NCBI GenBank assembly: GCA_024679065.1 | Contig: JAGIQG010000026.1 | Coordinates: 19,096,001-19,160,000, forward strand | DNA from: Sphyrna mokarran | Lineage: Eukaryota | Direction of reading: 5' to 3' | DNA length: 64,000 nt | Translations under genes and position numbers: made by a program | Notes under the pieces: generated by a model | Databases searched by the model: none | Told to the model about the DNA's origin: nothing | Seen by the model: the letters and a program-made list of their open reading frames with translations, nothing else | Shown here: positions 40,001-52,100 of the stretch, one piece after another | Layout of the letters: each line of letters starts with the position of its first letter | Position numbering within the stretch: position 1 is the first letter of the stretch

Positions 40001-42274
40001 TGAGAGTAGAAGATAGAATTAGAGGCTATGCTAGGGACAGCTTGCAAGAAGTCACTTGAGAATTATGTGTGCTGTTTTCATGCAGTTACTAAATTTATAG
40101 GTTGTTGAGTTGAAAAAGATTGGGTTCATGGGCACAATTTGAATTTCTAAATTAGTAATTCTGTCCATTTAGAGGAGATCTGTTCAATGGTAAATGGGGT
40201 TCTCATCCCAGAATGAAGCTATTCCGGGGAATTTTCTTCTCTGAATACAATGATATTATTGAACTTTAGCCTGACACTTCCTAAATTCTGTGTGCCTCAC
40301 AATCACTGCTAGAATGCATCCTCCTCCCTCACCCCCATCAGGGTCGCTATTAGTTATTTTGAGCTATGTTAATAACTATTAAAACCACCAGGCCAACTTT
40401 TTTGTAGTAGAATGTAAATGGAACTCAATACTCTGACTTGAATCTGAGACTGAGTAGCGGCTCGCAGTGAGATCTTTCTAAGTTTGGTTTTTGAACTTTG
40501 TTTTTAAATGCAATATTTCTATCCCAGCAGAGGCAATGTTCCCTCCAAACCTTGAGTGTCAGCCTCATGGGACTTTGATTTTATTTATTGTCATAAGTAC
40601 TAGTATATATGTATTGTTTCTTGTGCACTATACAGACATGACATACAGTTCATAGGGAAGGAAAAGTGAGAGTGCAGAATACAGTGTTACAGTCATAGCT
40701 AGGGTGAAGAGAAAGATCAATTTAGTGAGTGGTAGACCATTCAAAAGTCTGATGGGAGCAGAGAAGAAGCTGTTCTTGAGTTGGCTGGTACATGGTCTCA
40801 GACTTCTATATCTTTTTCACAAGGAAGAATGAAGTGAGAGTACTCAGGGTGTATGGTGTCCTTAACTATGATGGCTGCCTTGCTGGGGCAGCAGGAATTG
40901 TAGACAGAGTCAGTGGATGGGAGGCTGGTTTGTGTGATGGTCCCTAATCTGGGGAGCTAACACTTTCTAGGTTGGTCATGGTTTGGACTGGTGAACATAA
41001 ATTTTCTGGGCAGACAGGGGCAGTTGAGATCAAACAGTCTCTTTGCTGCTGCTTCTTTACCCCGTGACTGGGCTTGATCCTTTTCTCTATATCTCTCTAC
41101 TCGAGGATCGCTCTGGGCTTTGTGTTAAATTCTCTGTTCCCAGGGAGGATATGGATGAAGTCAGAGAATCCCGCCATCTATATCATCACACGGCAGCAGA
41201 CCAGGATTGCTGCCTGTGAACACAATCATCCATTACCATCCTGTTAATGGACTCTGTTGGCCACTGGGAGTAGATTAATGGACTTACATAAAGTTTTAAC
41301 TCTGCTTTTGAGGACACATCTGGTAGTCCCCAGACCTTTCCTACTTGTTGGCTTTCTGGGTATAAAGAGTCCTAGTAGAATATTTTCACACTGTCTCAGT
41401 CTCACATAAACCTTAGATTGTTACACTTTTGAATGAAAAAGTGTGTTAGCTCATTGCACAGTCCCTGCATCTATTATGTCTAATGGTTGACCACAATCCA
41501 ATGGTGGATACATGCCTTTTTGTTTGCCTGATGTTGAACTGTTTTATATTTGACAATCAATGCTGTTCTTGGCGGAGTGTCTTAGAATGGCAACAAGAGT
41601 GTGATAGCATCTGAAATGTAGAACATAGTTGATTGCTGACTCTTGTCTTGGGAATTCTGGTGGCATATTTCTCACCAGGCATTAATGTATGCACTCCATG
41701 TGCAGTAGAACCATAGAATCATAGAACCCTACAGTACAGAAAGAGGACCTTCGGCTATCAAATCTGCACCGAACACAATCCCATCCAGGCCCTAACCCCA
41801 TATTATGTCCACTAATCCCTCTAACCTATGCATCCCTGGATACTAAGGGACAATTTCTTCGCATGGCCAATCAACCTAACTCTCACATCTTTGGAGTGTT
41901 GGTGATTCAGAGACCATAGGTTGGCATGTACAGTGCTTTTAGACCCCCTAATGTGGGCAGGCTGGTTTGCTACCTCCCCTCCTCCCTGGGCCTTTTTCCC
42001 CGAAGTGAAATGACAGGGTTAGGGAAAGAAGGTAGATAGACCAGCAGGGCTAATTCCCTGCAAGTGGTGGTGGCCGGTTAAGACATTTAAGACTGATTTT
42101 TGTTCAGAGGGCAACTGGAGATTCAAGGCAAGTGATGGCTATTACTATGCACAGGCTCTGACCATTTAACAGGATCAAAAACACAATACCTTGGATCATT
42201 TTGGTTCTGCGTGTCACACCAAATTGTCACTGCTGTACAGTGCCTCCTTCAGACGAACATATGGAAGTCACTTT

Positions 42275-42632
42275 TTTTTTTATTCATTTATGGGACATGG
42301 GTGTCATTGGCTGGGCCAGCATTTATTGCCCATCCCTAGTTACCCGAGGGCAATTAAGAGTCAACCACATTCTGTGGGTCTGGAGTCGCATGTAGGTCTG
42401 ATCAGGTAAGGATGGCAGATTTCCTTCCCTAAAGGACATTAGTGAATGAGATGGGTTTTTACTACAATTGACAATGGTTTCATGGCCATCAGTAGATTCT
42501 TAATTCCAGATTTTTTTTATATATTGAATTCAATTTCCACCATCTGCCATGGCAGGATTTGAACACTGATCCCTAGAACATTAGTGGAGTTTCTGGATTA
42601 ATCTAGTGATTAATACCACTAGGCCATCACCA
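42275..42632 (-). mobile_element. Third tRNA-derived SINE family (tail shared with the second CR1-group LINE)
   Basis: Minus strand A box TGGCCTAGTGG, B box GTTCAAATCC, tail GGATGGGCAATAAATGCTGGCCCAGCC...AATGAATAAAA, also seen at the LINE end 46420-46490. Others 9065-9408(+), 51480-51910(-), 56100-56330(+), 7625-7800(-). Confidence 0.82.
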
Positions 42633-43499
42633 CTCAAAGAAGTGTTACATCACCACCTGTACATTAGAAACACAAATCACACCTCTTACGTTGTACTATG
42701 CATCTGTCCTATAAAACCAGTGTTACTGGGGACTAGGCCTCATGCCTGGAAGAGGCCTTCCAGTGGAAGACCCTGCAGCATTGGTGCTCCTGGCAGGCAA
42801 ATCCTTTCCTCCCACCTTCAGCTCAAGCCACAAAGCTCCCCAAGGGGTAATTCGCTCAACCTTGGCAACTAATGAAATAGTAGTAAGAAGTCTCACAGCA
42901 CGAAGTTAAAATCCAACAGGTTTATCTGGAATCACAAGTTTTTGGAGCGCTGCTCTTGCAGCTGAGTCTTGTGGGTATGCATGATCTTCTTGGAAGTCGT
43001 CTCTATTTTTGAGCCAGCCATTTGCGATGTTGATGGTAGCCATAATGTGGAGCTGCCGGTGTTGGACTAGGGTGGAGCAGCGGTCTGAAAGCTCCTGATT
43101 TCAAATAAACCTGTTGGACTTTAACCTGGTGTTGTGAGACTTCTTACTGTGACCTCCTCAGTCCAACACCAGCATCTCCACATCATGAAATTGCAGAGAG
43201 GGCCCCCCCTCCATCTTAGTGGGCCCTCCCTTCCTCACCTGAGAAGGAGGCTCTGCTGCTGCTATGTCAGTGTGGCCACGAATAGGTTAGACTAGTGCTG
43301 CAATTAGAGCAGGCACAGACAGGTCAGTGTTGCCCACAGATGTCGGCCCTTGATCCTGACGCTGAGTTCCGAAGTTGGCAGGGAAAATCCCAGCTCTTCA
43401 CTTTGGCATGTCGTCAACACCTTCATTTCAGCAACCTTTCGTCAGGGGCTGGTTGACTCTAACATTTTAACATGTCTGTACATGCTTTCCACATGCATG

Positions 43500-43855
43500 G
43501 TTAGAAATGACTACAATTTATAAGAAAGCAGCCAGATCATTCCGGAAATAGCGCTGACCTCGACTGCTGCAGTCACCTGCCCTACATTCCTGTTGACGTC
43601 AGTAAGTGGAGGAAAATGAAACCTTGCGTTCTTGCTGTTTAGCCTGTGGGACAGTTCCCCTGTTGGTGTAAGCAGCGAGAGAGAAGCGGCATAACTAATT
43701 CCTGCTGGTGCAAAGTCTAATCTTGAAAAATTAATGATCAAAACGACACTGTCCGAATTATTTGTAGAGCTGGAAAAGAATAGCCTTTTCCTAACTCGAC
43801 TTTTCTTGGCAGTTTATTTGGCTTAAAGTCTGTTTTTTATCATTTTGAAGTAAGA
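43500..43855 (+). promoter_or_regulatory. Candidate promoter / 5' non-coding exon of the GRAMD2-like gene
   Basis: Locally CpG-retaining unique sequence with CCGGAAAT (ETS-like, 43542), TGACGTCA (CRE, 43594-43601), GGAAAATGAAAC (ISRE/IRF-like, 43611-43622) and a GAA|GTAAGA donor at 43849/50. Confidence 0.4.
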
Positions 43856-44334
43856 TTGACATTTTACTTTTTTTCTGATGTTTTGCTGACAGCCATGGGA
43901 TGTGGAGAGATGTTCAGAATGATCAACAGCTTTCCGCACTGGGGCCTTCCAAATTTTTTAAGCAATAGGCGGCACAGCAGTTAGCATGGACCTGGGTTCA
44001 ATTCTTGCCTTGGGTTCGTCAAGGTGCTCTGGTTTCTTCCTATACTCCAAAGGTACTAAAATTGTCCCTTGGTATTAGGAGGAATTAGAGAAGTGAGTAT
44101 GTGGGTTACGGGGAAATGATCTGAGTGAGATTGTTGTCAGTGCAGGCTCGACGGGCTGAATGGCCTCCTTTCAACGTTGTAGGGATTCTGAGTGCAGAAC
44201 CATCTTTATTTATGATGCTGCCTTTCACTCCCTACCCAATTAAACCACACAAAGAAGGAAAATATATGATTTTTTAAAAAATTCATTTAAGGGAGGTTAG
44301 TTCATTCAAGGAATATTAATAAGGTTGCAAGATC

Positions 44335-45260
44335 TCAGAAGATTTACAAGGATGTTGCCGGGACTTGAGAAACTGAGTTACAGAGAAAGGTTGAGTAGGT
44401 TAGGACTTTATTCCCTGGAGTGTAAAAGAATGAGGAGAGATTTGATTGAGGTGTATAAAATTATGATGGTTATAGCTAGAGTGAATGCAAGAAGGGTTTT
44501 TCCACTAAGACTATGGGAGAAAAAAACTAGAGGACATGGTTTTCAGGTAAAGGGGGAAAATTTAAAGGGAATATTAGGGGGAGGTTCTTCACACAGAGAG
44601 TGGTGGAAGCGTGGAATGAGCTACCAGATGAATTAATAAACATAGGCTCACTTTAAACATTTAAGAAAAACTTGGACACGTACATGGATGGGAGGGGCTT
44701 AAAGGGATATGGTCCAGTTACAGGTTAGTGGGACTAGGCAGAAAAGTGGTTTGGCATAGACGAGAAGGGCCAAAAGGCCTGTTTCTGTTCTATAGTTCTA
44801 TGGTTGGCTCGGCAAGCATATATTACATGTCTATAAAATACTGTTTTGATGTCAACTGGGGTATTATATCTCTTTCTGGATTTGGGAAGGATGTGAAGGT
44901 GTTAGACACGGTGTGAAAGATTCATGAGAATGGTTCTAGGATGTGGAATCACGGTTACGTACGCTGATTGGAGAATCTGGGACTGTTCTCCTGTGGTGAA
45001 GAGAAAATTTAAGAGGAGTTTTGACTGAGGGACTAGCCAAAGTAGATGAGGAGAAATCAAAAGATCAAGAACTGAGGACACAACTGACTAAAAAAAGATG
45101 ACAACAAAAGTTTTTTTTAAAAAAGCATTGAGTTTTTAGGACTAAGAATGAGTTTGGAGGCAGGTTTAATCAAGGCCTTCAGATAGTTATCCACTTTTTC
45201 TTTGGAAGAAAATTTACAATACAATGGGGTGGAACTCAGTGAATTTCTCTTGCAGAGAGT
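44335..45260 (+). mobile_element. CR1 3' fragment (44335-44800) followed by an older degenerate CR1 fragment
   Basis: RRFTRMLPGLEKLSYRERL...DLIEVYKIM...TRGH with CR1 tail; second decayed copy from ~44860. Confidence 0.88.
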
Positions 45261-47127
45261 CACCATTAAGTGGCGCTGTGGGTAATATCCTTACCAGAAG
45301 CTCCAGATTTAAGTCCTACTCCCAACTTAATGGCCAAGGAAGGTGAATTCACAGCGCAGCCAAACCGGTTGAGTATCAGCTTGTACATTCTTCCAGCACA
45401 CACCCATGAAACTGGTCAGTGCAGGAAAGATTTCTATCAACCTTGTGATGGAGGGAGGTTCTACCATCACTATCAATGATACAACATGTATAGAATTGGA
45501 TCCCTACAGTGCAGGAAGAGGCCATTGAGCACCAACTCTGACCGAGCACCTTAGTCAGGCCCTATGCCCATAACAACACAAAGTTACCCTGCTAATCTCC
45601 CTAACCTATACATCTTGGAACACTAAGGGGTAAATCAACCTAACCTATGCATCTTTGGACTCTGGGAGGAAACCCACACAAACATGGGGAGAATATGCAA
45701 ACGCCACAGTGACCCAAGACCGAAATTGAACATGGTGCTGTGAGACAGTAGTGCTAACCACTGCCATTATGCAAGTGTGCATGTTGCCACAGCAACTTGG
45801 AATCCTTGGACAACTGGTATGGATCAGATTAGTGTTGACAAGGTGGGATTTGATCTCCATTCTGGCAGAGATGACCTGAGTCTTTGCACCGCCCCCCCTC
45901 CTCCCAGTGGTGCTGTGGGTCAGACCTTGCCTTTGGGCAGAGAACTCTCAGATATTACAAAGTGCCACCCAGATCCTGACTGTTGCTGACCTCTGCTCCA
46001 CTGATAGAAAATTGACTGAGGCTATTAGAGGTTTCTTAAGTACTTGTGAGTAAACCTTTTTACAAGTTTTTTGTTTTAGAAATGAGCATTTTCTCCAGCC
46101 AAATAACTCAAACTGCTACATCTGGGCAACCACTTATATGCTCCCTTCCACCCTCCTCACTCCAGTTAATTATATTCCTTTCTAAGTTTGGAACTATCTC
46201 CCAAAGTCATGATGTGACTCTTGCTTCAAGGGCTTCTAACAAATTTAACCTTTCACCAGACTTACAGTACCTTTTTATCTACCCCACCATCCATATATCC
46301 AGTCTTTAATTCAACATCTGCCTTTCCTGTCCTTCCCAAGGTGAAGAAGAAGAAACTTGTATTTATATTGTGACTTCCACAAACTTGATGATACACAGCA
46401 GTATGATTTGCAGTCAGTTATTTTTATTCATTCAAGTGATGTAAGCATTGCTGGGTAGGCCAGCATTTGTTGCCCATCCCTAATTACCCTCGAAAGTGAT
46501 GGTGAGCAGTTTTGTTGAACTGCTGCAATCCATGTTGTGTGGGTACTCCCACAGTGTTATTGAGGAGGGACTTCCAGGGTTTTAACCCAGCGACAGTGAA
46601 GGAATGCAACTAATTATGTTTCCAAGTCAGGATGGTGAATGGCTTGGTGGTGATTTCTAGATGGTAGTGTTGCCTTGAATCTGTTATTCTTGTCCTTCTC
46701 AATGATAGCGGTTTTGGGGTTTGGAGCTGCTGGTGAAGGATCTTTGGTGTACTGTAAAATGTTAGGAAACTCCTACGCCCCAACAATAAAGTTCTTGGTA
46801 TTTGAGCAAATGTAAACATTATTCTTATTTTCTAATCAGGTCTGTTTTGGATGGTTAGTTCATGTTGAACCACTTGAATGTACAATATTAATATTGTACA
46901 ATGGTTCTTTTATTGTGAACTCTTTATTGTATCTAGGAAGTAGAATCAACAAAATGTGGATTTTATTGCACGTGGGCTGTACTTGTTTTTCTGGTGTTCA
47001 TTTTTTGGTTTCTCAAGACTGCAACAAATCTGAGCTGTGTACAGTAGTTGAGGAGAACATGAACCAAACTCACAACTAACCTGATAGCGATAGCGAGCAA
47101 TTCCAAATTGATCTGTTAATGTGATAT

Positions 47128-47447
47128 TAGGGCAGCACAGTGGGTTAGCACTGCTGCCTCTTAGGGTCAGGAATCTGGGTTCAATTCCAGCCTTTGGTGA
47201 CTGTCTGTTTGTGTGGAGTTTGCACGTTCTTGTCATTTTTGAGTGGGTTTCCTCTGGGCACTCCAGTTTCCTCCCACAGTCCAAACATGTGCATGTTAGG
47301 CTGATTGGCCATGCTAAATTGACCCCAGTGTTGGAGAATTAGCAGGTTAAATATGTGGGGTTGCAGGAACAGTGCCTGGATGAGATTGTGATCTATGGCT
47401 GATTCTATGGGCAAAATAGCCTCCTTTTGCACTAAAGAGATTCTATT
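47128..47447 (+). mobile_element. tRNA-derived V-type (HE1-like) SINE with CR1-type tail; representative of ~18 copies
   Basis: GTTAGCACTGCTGCC head, B box GGTTCAATTCC, core GTGGAGTTTGCAC.TTCT...TTTCCTCCCACAGTCCAAA, tail GGGC..AAT.GCCTCCTT.TGCACT..GATTCTAT. Others ~2690-2937, 6560-6790, 10677-10905, 17725-17945, 20925-21090, 26305-26590, 41705-41900, 43965-44190, 45490-45768, 52540-52730, 53905-54250, 54630-54925, 55590-55930, 58168-58420, 58495-58680. Confidence 0.9.
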
Positions 47448-49050
47448 GTAGGGCTCTATGTTGCTTCAGGAAGAGGTTAGAGACTTCAATAGTTGAACAA
47501 TAACTTTATCAATAACACGTAACTACACACATACCTACCGGATAGAATCCAGATGATAGATGCATCTTCTACCACTACACTAACTACTCTCACTCTGCAT
47601 CAAGTGGAAGATTTTGTTTCCCCAGTCCTATATTAACTTAGTATCAAACACCTTAATTCTACAATATCCTGCTTCTGATCTGCACGCATCTGAATTTGCC
47701 TTTGAACAAACTACCTATCTGCAAAGTCTAGAAATAGCACTAAGAGCAGTAATGTTAATGGGCCAGTCAGTGAGGTTGCTGATTCGTGATATCCAAGTCT
47801 AGCAATCTTCCTGGCAAGACATTTCCTTCCAATAGCGTATAGTGACATTACCATCAATTTGTGGATTTCTTTTCCTACTTATTCCCAGCATGGAGCTGGA
47901 GTGATGTTTGTTTTTAGGCTGTTTGTAACCAATCACATTAAAAGGTTTTGCACAGCTCACCCTCAAACAGAAAACAAAGCACAAAAATAACATCACTTTT
48001 GCATTGATCTGTTTAAACTTTGAATATTTACACAGGGTGAAGGTAGAAGCCAAAAATATTCTGAACTTATTTTAAAAATCTTCAAATTTAGCTCCATAAT
48101 GAACTAATTGGACAGCACGCTAAAGATGTTTTTTTTGGCAGGGCAAGTTCTGATGTTCATTAAATTTGGTGCATCACATTGCTGTGTTTATATTTAAAAA
48201 AAACCCAATGACATCAGATTTAAACAAGATGCAACTTTGCCTTTTGGGGTTTCCAACAATGGACATAAAATTTTCATTCTTGCTGGCTGACTAACCCACT
48301 CTAGGGAGAATGTAGAATGCAGGATGTGGCAGAACCTTGAGTGATTGAATGCAACTCTAGGATTTCCCCACAAGCCCCAACTCCTGAAGTTGCAGGTAGC
48401 TTCGGAGGGGTGGCAACGGTGAACATTTTGTCCCCGGAATCCACGTCGTCCGAATCCGAGTGGGAAGACCATTGAAGTTCAGGGAATGTTGGTGAACAGA
48501 CTTCAGAGATTCAGGGAAAGGACTCCTGAAACAGCAAAGGGAAATTGCTACACTAAAAGTTTTTAATGTTTATTAGTGTCACAAGTAGGCTTACATTAAC
48601 ACTGCAATGAAGTTACTGTGAAAATTCCCTATTTGGTACACTCCAACACCTGTTCAGGTACACTGAGGGAGAATTTATCACAGCAATGCACCTACCCAGC
48701 ATGTCTTTCACCTGTGAGAGAAAATTGGAGGAAACCCAGACAGATACTGGGAGAACATGCAGACTCCGCACAGACAGTAACCCAAGCTGAGAATCTAACC
48801 CGGGTCCCTGGCACTGAGGCAGCAGTGGTATCCACTCTGCCACTCATATAGGGCATGGATACCTGGGAGGTATCTCCTCGTTAATAACACAGGAAGAGCA
48901 ATTAGTGGGTCACATGATGGTGCAATTTGCTTGCTCTTGGTCACTTGTTGAGTGTTTGCTTTGCGAAGCTGTTACAGATTGAGTGCGATGCTGGGAATTC
49001 CCCGGGGCACCTCTCTGAGCTTGCTGATTTGAGATTTCCTCATTTTGTAG

Positions 49051-49197
49051 CAACTGCCCCCATGAGATTGGACTGATGGCTGAAAAACAGAAGAAGAATA
49101 AAAAGAAGCTACAAGCGCAGTCAAAGATGTCCAGCCTGGAAATGGATTCCATTTTGCCTGAGTTTCAGCAACGAGAGCGAACAACGCAACTCACCAG
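49051..49197 (+). CDS. GRAMD2: GRAMD2-like exon (candidate start ATG 49076)
   Basis: cattttgtag|c acceptor, AG|GTGACG donor, 147 nt, phase 2-2; encodes NCPHEIGLMAEKQKKNKKKLQAQSKMSSLEMDSILPEFQQRERTTQLT(R); phase matches the next exon. Confidence 0.75.
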
Positions 49198-52100
49198 GTG
49201 ACGTACATAATTTCTATTGCCTGTGCGTCTCTCGAAATAATGCAAGGCATGGTTGAAAATTGTTTTTTTAATTAATTTATGGGATGTAGGCATTGCTGAC
49301 TGGACCTAGTTATTGCCCTTGAGAAGGTAATGGTGAACTGCTTTCTTAAATGACTGCTTTCCCTGAGTGTAGGTGCATCCACAGTGTTCAGGAGGGATTT
49401 TTGACCCTGCCACAGTGAAGGAACAGTGATATTTCCAAGCCAGTGGAACCTTCCAGGAAGTGGTGATCTCAGATATATGTTACCCTTGTCCTTCTTGATC
49501 AATAATGGGTAACCTCGGCTAGTGAGTAGGCTGCAAGAAGGGCCCTCCATCTTAGTGGGCTGGAAGTTTGTTCACTAACTAGGACTCTTGAGTAAGATTG
49601 AATACAATTAATACACACCAAATATTTCATAACTTATAGAAAATGCTTAACTATTTCATAATATATCAACTTCAAACAGTAAAAAAATTAACACTTTGGG
49701 TGCAGGGGGAGCACATGGTTCTCAACGCAGTGCGCAACTAGCATGCACCACATTTCATACTAGTAGGAAAGAAGCTACACAGATGGAAACCAGAAGAATG
49801 TAGCAACTCTGCATGAGCAACATGTCTTGAGTTGCAATCAGACCCCTGATGGGCTGCAGGTCGCCCATCATTGCTCCAGATGGCAGTGGCTCTGGGTTGG
49901 AAGGAGCTGCCTAAGGAGCTTTGATAAGTTGCTGTAGTACATCATGTAGGTGGTACACATGGGATCATTGTACATCAGTGGTGAAGGGATTGAATGTTTG
50001 ATGGAAGGGATCCCAGTCAAGCAAGCTGCTTTGTCCTGGTGATATTGGGCTATACTCATCCAGTATTCCATCACGCTCCTGATCTGTGTCTTGTAGATGG
50101 TTGACAAGCTTTGGGGTTCAGGAGGAGAGTTAATCGTCAAAGTCTCTGAGCTGCTCTTAGCCACGGTTTTTGTATGGTTAATCTAGTTCAGTTTCTGACC
50201 AATGATAACCTCCAGGATGTTGACAGTGAGGGATTCAGTGATGGTTAGATTCCCTCTTGTTGGAAATGGTCATTGCCTGGTACTTGTATGGCAAGAACGT
50301 TACTTGTCAGCCCAAGCCTGGACATTGTCCAGGCCTTGCTGCATTTGGACATAGACTGCTTCAATAGAGGATTCGGGAATGGTGCTGAACATTGCACAAT
50401 TATCAGCAAAAATCCCACTTCTGACCTTTTGTGATGGAAGCACAATCATTGAAACAGTTGAAGATGGTTGGGCCTGGAACACTACCCTACATTGCTCTCC
50501 TGAAATTGAGATGATTAACTCCCAACTTTTACAGCCATCTTTCATTCTGATAGGTGTGACTCCAAGTGGAGAGTTTTCCCATTATTCCCATTGACTCAGC
50601 TCCTGATGTCACATTAGGTCAGATGCTGCCTTGATGTCAAAGACGGTCATTCTCTCTTCATCTCTGGGGTTCAGCTCTTTTGTCCATCTTTGAATCGAAG
50701 CTTTAATGTGAAGAAACTGAGTGTCCATGAGCAACTTTTAGCAGAGCAAGTGCTGCTTGATAACACTGACCCCTTCTGTATGTTACTGATTATTGAGAGT
50801 GGACCAACGCTGGATTTGTGGTGCTTTGCGTGTAGAGCATACCTGGGCAATTTTCTACATTACCGGGTAGATGCCTGTAATTGCAGAAGGAGGCAGTCTG
50901 CACCGACTACAATTCCACCCAGGCCCTATCCCCATAACCCCATGCTGTTACCCTAGCTACTCTACCTGACACCTAAGGGGCAATTTAGCATGGCCAATCC
51001 ACCTAACCCATACATCTTTGGACTGTTTATAGCTGTACTCCAGCAGTTTGGCCAAAGACAAATTCTGAGGAACAGGTCTTCAGTAATATTTCAGGGTCCA
51101 AAGGCTTTGAAGTATCCAACGCCTCCAGCCGTTTCTTGATATCACGTAGAGTGTCTTGATATGGCTGAAGACTAGCATTTCTGATATTGGGGACTACTGG
51201 TGGAGGCAGAGACAGACTATCACTTGGGACATCTAGTTGAAGATTGTTGAGAATGCTTCAGCCTTGTCTATTGGCTCCCCCATTATTTGAGGATGGGATA
51301 TTTGTGGCCTCTCCTCCAGTGAGTTGTTTAATTGTTCACCAAGATTCATGACTGGACATGGTGGGACAGTGGAACTTAATTCTGATCCTTTTTGGCCGTG
51401 GAATTATTTAACTCTATTACTTGTTGCTTATGGTGTTTGATATGCACGTAACAAAAATCTGGTGCCTAGGTTTCAATCCTTTTTTCATTGGTTTTTGAGT
51501 GGTTTGGTGGCCTGCTATGGGGCTAGAGTCACATGTAGGCCAGACTGGGTAAGGACAGCAGATTTCTTTCCCTTTCAGGGAAAGGGAAACCCATCTCATT
51601 TACGAAGGACATTCATAAATGAGATTTCACAGCGATCAGCAATGGTTTCACCATTAAACTTTTAGTTCCAGATCTGTTTTTTAGGTTTTATGGAAGAGAA
51701 GGGAATGGTTTAGTTTGGAGGGGCATTGCTTTTTATTTTGGTCGGCACAACATCGAAGGCCGAAGGGCCTGTTCTGTGCTGTAATGTTCTATGTTCTATG
51801 TTCTATGTTTTAAATTTCACCATTTACCATAGTGGGATTCGAACCTAAGTCCAAAGTGTTACCCTGGGTCTCTAGATTATCAATACATTGATAATACCAC
51901 GATACTACCATTTAGTAAAGCTAATAAATTTTTTTTCTGAAAATAAATGTTTTAAACCCAATTCCTTGGGAGCCACTCCAGTTTTGTGTGCAAGCTTCTC
52001 CAGCAGATACTAAAGAATCATTTCTAAGTTCTCAGCACATTTCAGAATGAAAATGAGCTGAGGTCAGAGAATTAAAGTTGTAAAGTCCTCACCTTGTCTC

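Noticed and set aside
48362-48475. CpG-rich open frame ISPQAPTPEVAGSFGGVATVNILSPESTSSESEWEDH*
   Set aside because: No start codon or convincing acceptor/donor pair compatible with the GRAMD2-like exons; may be regulatory but is unsupported.
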